Part shown: piece after piece, positions 62,535-64,000 of the stretch
How positions within the stretch are numbered: the stretch's first letter is position 1
Layout of the letters: each line of letters begins with the position of its first letter
Origin: a virus
DNA: 64,000 nucleotides
Virus genome (UHGV): UHGV-0104313
Reading direction: 5' to 3' (one strand)
Made by a program: the position numbers and the translations under genes
The notes under the pieces: generated by a model
Databases searched by the model: none
What the model was told of the DNA's origin: nothing
What the model saw: only the letters and a program-made list of their open reading frames with translations

Positions 62535-62969
62535 ATGTCTGACGTCTCAACAAACCTCTATAAGAGTCAGTTGTTGGACTATTACTATCAGCGGCGCGCT
62601 GAATCGTCCATTAACAAAGGCTCTCGATTTTTAATCAGCAAGGCCGTTTTCGGTACCAGTTCACTGGTTACTAAGAAAGGAGATGGCACTTATGAGATTG
62701 GAGAACTGCCAAAGGCTTTCGATCTGGCAGAACTGACCAGTCAATTTTGCACCATCAACCTCGTCCCAACCTACTCAGGCGGGATAATTACTGTCCGAAT
62801 GGACCTTGATCAAAGTCAGTTGCAGGAAGGGAAAAACTACCCATTCAACACTCTGGTTGTTCTGGATAACGAGAATAAGCCAATCGCCATTATTTGTGTC
62901 CAGGAAGACTCGCTGTATGTGGGCAAAACATATACCGCAGTTATGGCCATAAACTCGACTACAGCATAA
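62535..62969 (+). CDS. tail-fibre operon protein (R-like candidate), 144 aa
   Basis: ORF track; immediately upstream of the tail fibre gene. Confidence 0.4.
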   Translation: MSDVSTNLYKSQLLDYYYQRRAESSINKGSRFLISKAVFGTSSLVTKKGDGTYEIGELPKAFDLAELTSQFCTINLVPTYSGGIITVRMDLDQSQLQEGKNYPFNTLVVLDNENKPIAIICVQEDSLYVGKTYTAVMAINSTTA

Positions 62970-62980
62970 GGATATGCTTG

Positions 62981-64000
62981 ATGAATGACGTTACAGTTGT
63001 TACATCGGTTACTTACCCATCACCCGAGTCGTTGGCTCTGGTGGCTGATGTGCAATACCACGAACCATATCTGTCAGCCGCTCTAAACCGAAAATTCAGG
63101 GGAATTGTTGACCCGGGATTTTATGCTGGTTTCTTGCCTAAGCCTGGCGGTGGAATGAACCTGTTAATCACCTCAGTGGATGGAGATAAAACCGCTGGCG
63201 CGGCGTCAGTGGATATTGGTGAATTCTACCAGGTAACTATTCAGCATCGTAAGGATATCTCTCTTGCACTTAACGCAGGCAAGAAATATGCAATTGTGCT
63301 GAAGGGAAGATACCTTCTTGGAGAAGATACCTATCAGGTGAATACCGCGTCACATATTCATGCAGCTGAATTTGTTGCCAGAACCTATACCGATTCATAT
63401 CAGTTAGGTGATGGGGAACTGCTGGTTTGTACGGTGAATATCCCTGCTGGCGTATCTACCATTACTCAAGAGATGATTGATACATCCGAGCGTATCAACC
63501 GCACGATCGGCATTGATATTTCAGACTCTGTAACCAGTACCAGAAGTGATGTTGCTGCGAGTTCGCTGGCAGTTAAAAAAGCCTACGATCTGGCGAAAAG
63601 CAAGTATACGGCGCAGGATGCAAGCACAACGCAAAAGGGATTAGTTCAGCTCAGTAGTGCCACTAACAGCACGTCTGAAGTGCTGGCCGCCACACCGAAA
63701 GCTGTCAAGGCTGCATATGACCTGGCTAACGGGAAGTATACAGCCCAGGATGCAACCACGACACAAAAAGGGATAGTTCAGCTCAGTAGCGACACCAACA
63801 GCACTTCTGAAACATTAGCTGCAACGCCAAAAGCGGTTAAAGCTGCATACGATCTAGCAGCCGGAAAGGCACCATCCAGTCATACACATCCCTGGAATCA
63901 GATCACTGGTGTGCCAACAGCTTCATTGACAGCGAAAGGCATCACTCAGCTCAGTAGTGCCACTAACAGCACGTCTGAAGTGCTGGCCGCCACACCGAAA
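62981..64000 (+). CDS. tail fibre protein (P2 gpH / Mu S / P1 S family), 3'-truncated by window edge
   Basis: Open frame from ATG ~62981 to window end; repeats DASTTQKGLVQLSSATNSTSEVLAATPKAVKAAYDLANGKYTAQDA match the conserved tail-fibre repeat. Confidence 0.75.
   Translation, partial: MNDVTVVTSVTYPSPESLALVADVQYHEPYLSAALNRKFRGIVDPGFYAGFLPKPGGGMNLLITSVDGDKTAGAASVDIGEFYQVTIQHRKDISLALNAGKKYAIVLKGRYLLGEDTYQVNTASHIHAAEFVARTYTDSYQLGDGELLVCTVNIPAGVSTITQEMIDTSERINRTIGIDISDSVTSTRSDVAASSLAVKKAYDLAKSKYTAQDASTTQKGLVQLSSATNSTSEVLAATPKAVKAAYDLANGKYTAQDATTTQKGIVQLSSDTNSTSETLAATPKAVKAAYDLAAGKAPSSHTHPWNQITGVPTASLTAKGITQLSSATNSTSEVLAATPK
63600..64000 (+). repeat. tandem tail-fibre repeats (~100-120 bp unit, at least 3 copies)
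   Basis: 63941-64000 is identical to 63641-63700 at nucleotide level; a middle copy is divergent. Confidence 0.6.

Overview
The window reads as a near-complete arm of a P1-like temperate phage-plasmid, in reverse orientation to the conventional P1 map. Calls rest on reading the translations and DNA motifs by eye; no database search was run, and non-CDS coordinates are approximate (about +/-2 bp). Left to right: terminase genes (pacB truncated at the window edge, pacA with an internal pac site of clustered GATC-containing hexamers), a phd-doc toxin-antitoxin pair, an SOS-boxed UmuD'-like gene (humD) and a HolE-like gene (hot), a run of small accessory genes (Ead/Ea22-like paralogs, DUF551-like, phosphatases, glycosyltransferase-like, VRR-NUC), a plus-strand baseplate block, dbn-ban (DnaB-type helicase), three tRNA genes with a TerB-like gene, a fused C5/N6 DNA methyltransferase (dmt) with an RdgC homolog (hrdC), a spanin-like pair, the plasmid replicon (DnaA box, GATC cluster, iterons, repA, incA iterons), parA-parB-parS, head/tail structural genes, repL-kilA, the ant immunity region with a c4-like antisense RNA locus, an AT-rich three-gene membrane/periplasmic island, then tail assembly genes including a tape-measure-like protein with a lytic transglycosylase domain (sit), baseplate genes and a 3'-truncated tail fibre gene. 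A 17-bp asymmetric operator-like motif (ATTGCTCTAATAAATTT and variants) recurs about ten times at operon boundaries, which fits the C1 repressor regulon of P1 with the repressor gene lying outside the window. The strongest candidates for an undescribed system are the AT-rich island at 51.7-53.8 kb, the stand-alone T5orf172-like gene between incA and parA, and the operator-controlled enzyme cluster at 15.4-19.0 kb; none could be confirmed as novel from sequence alone.
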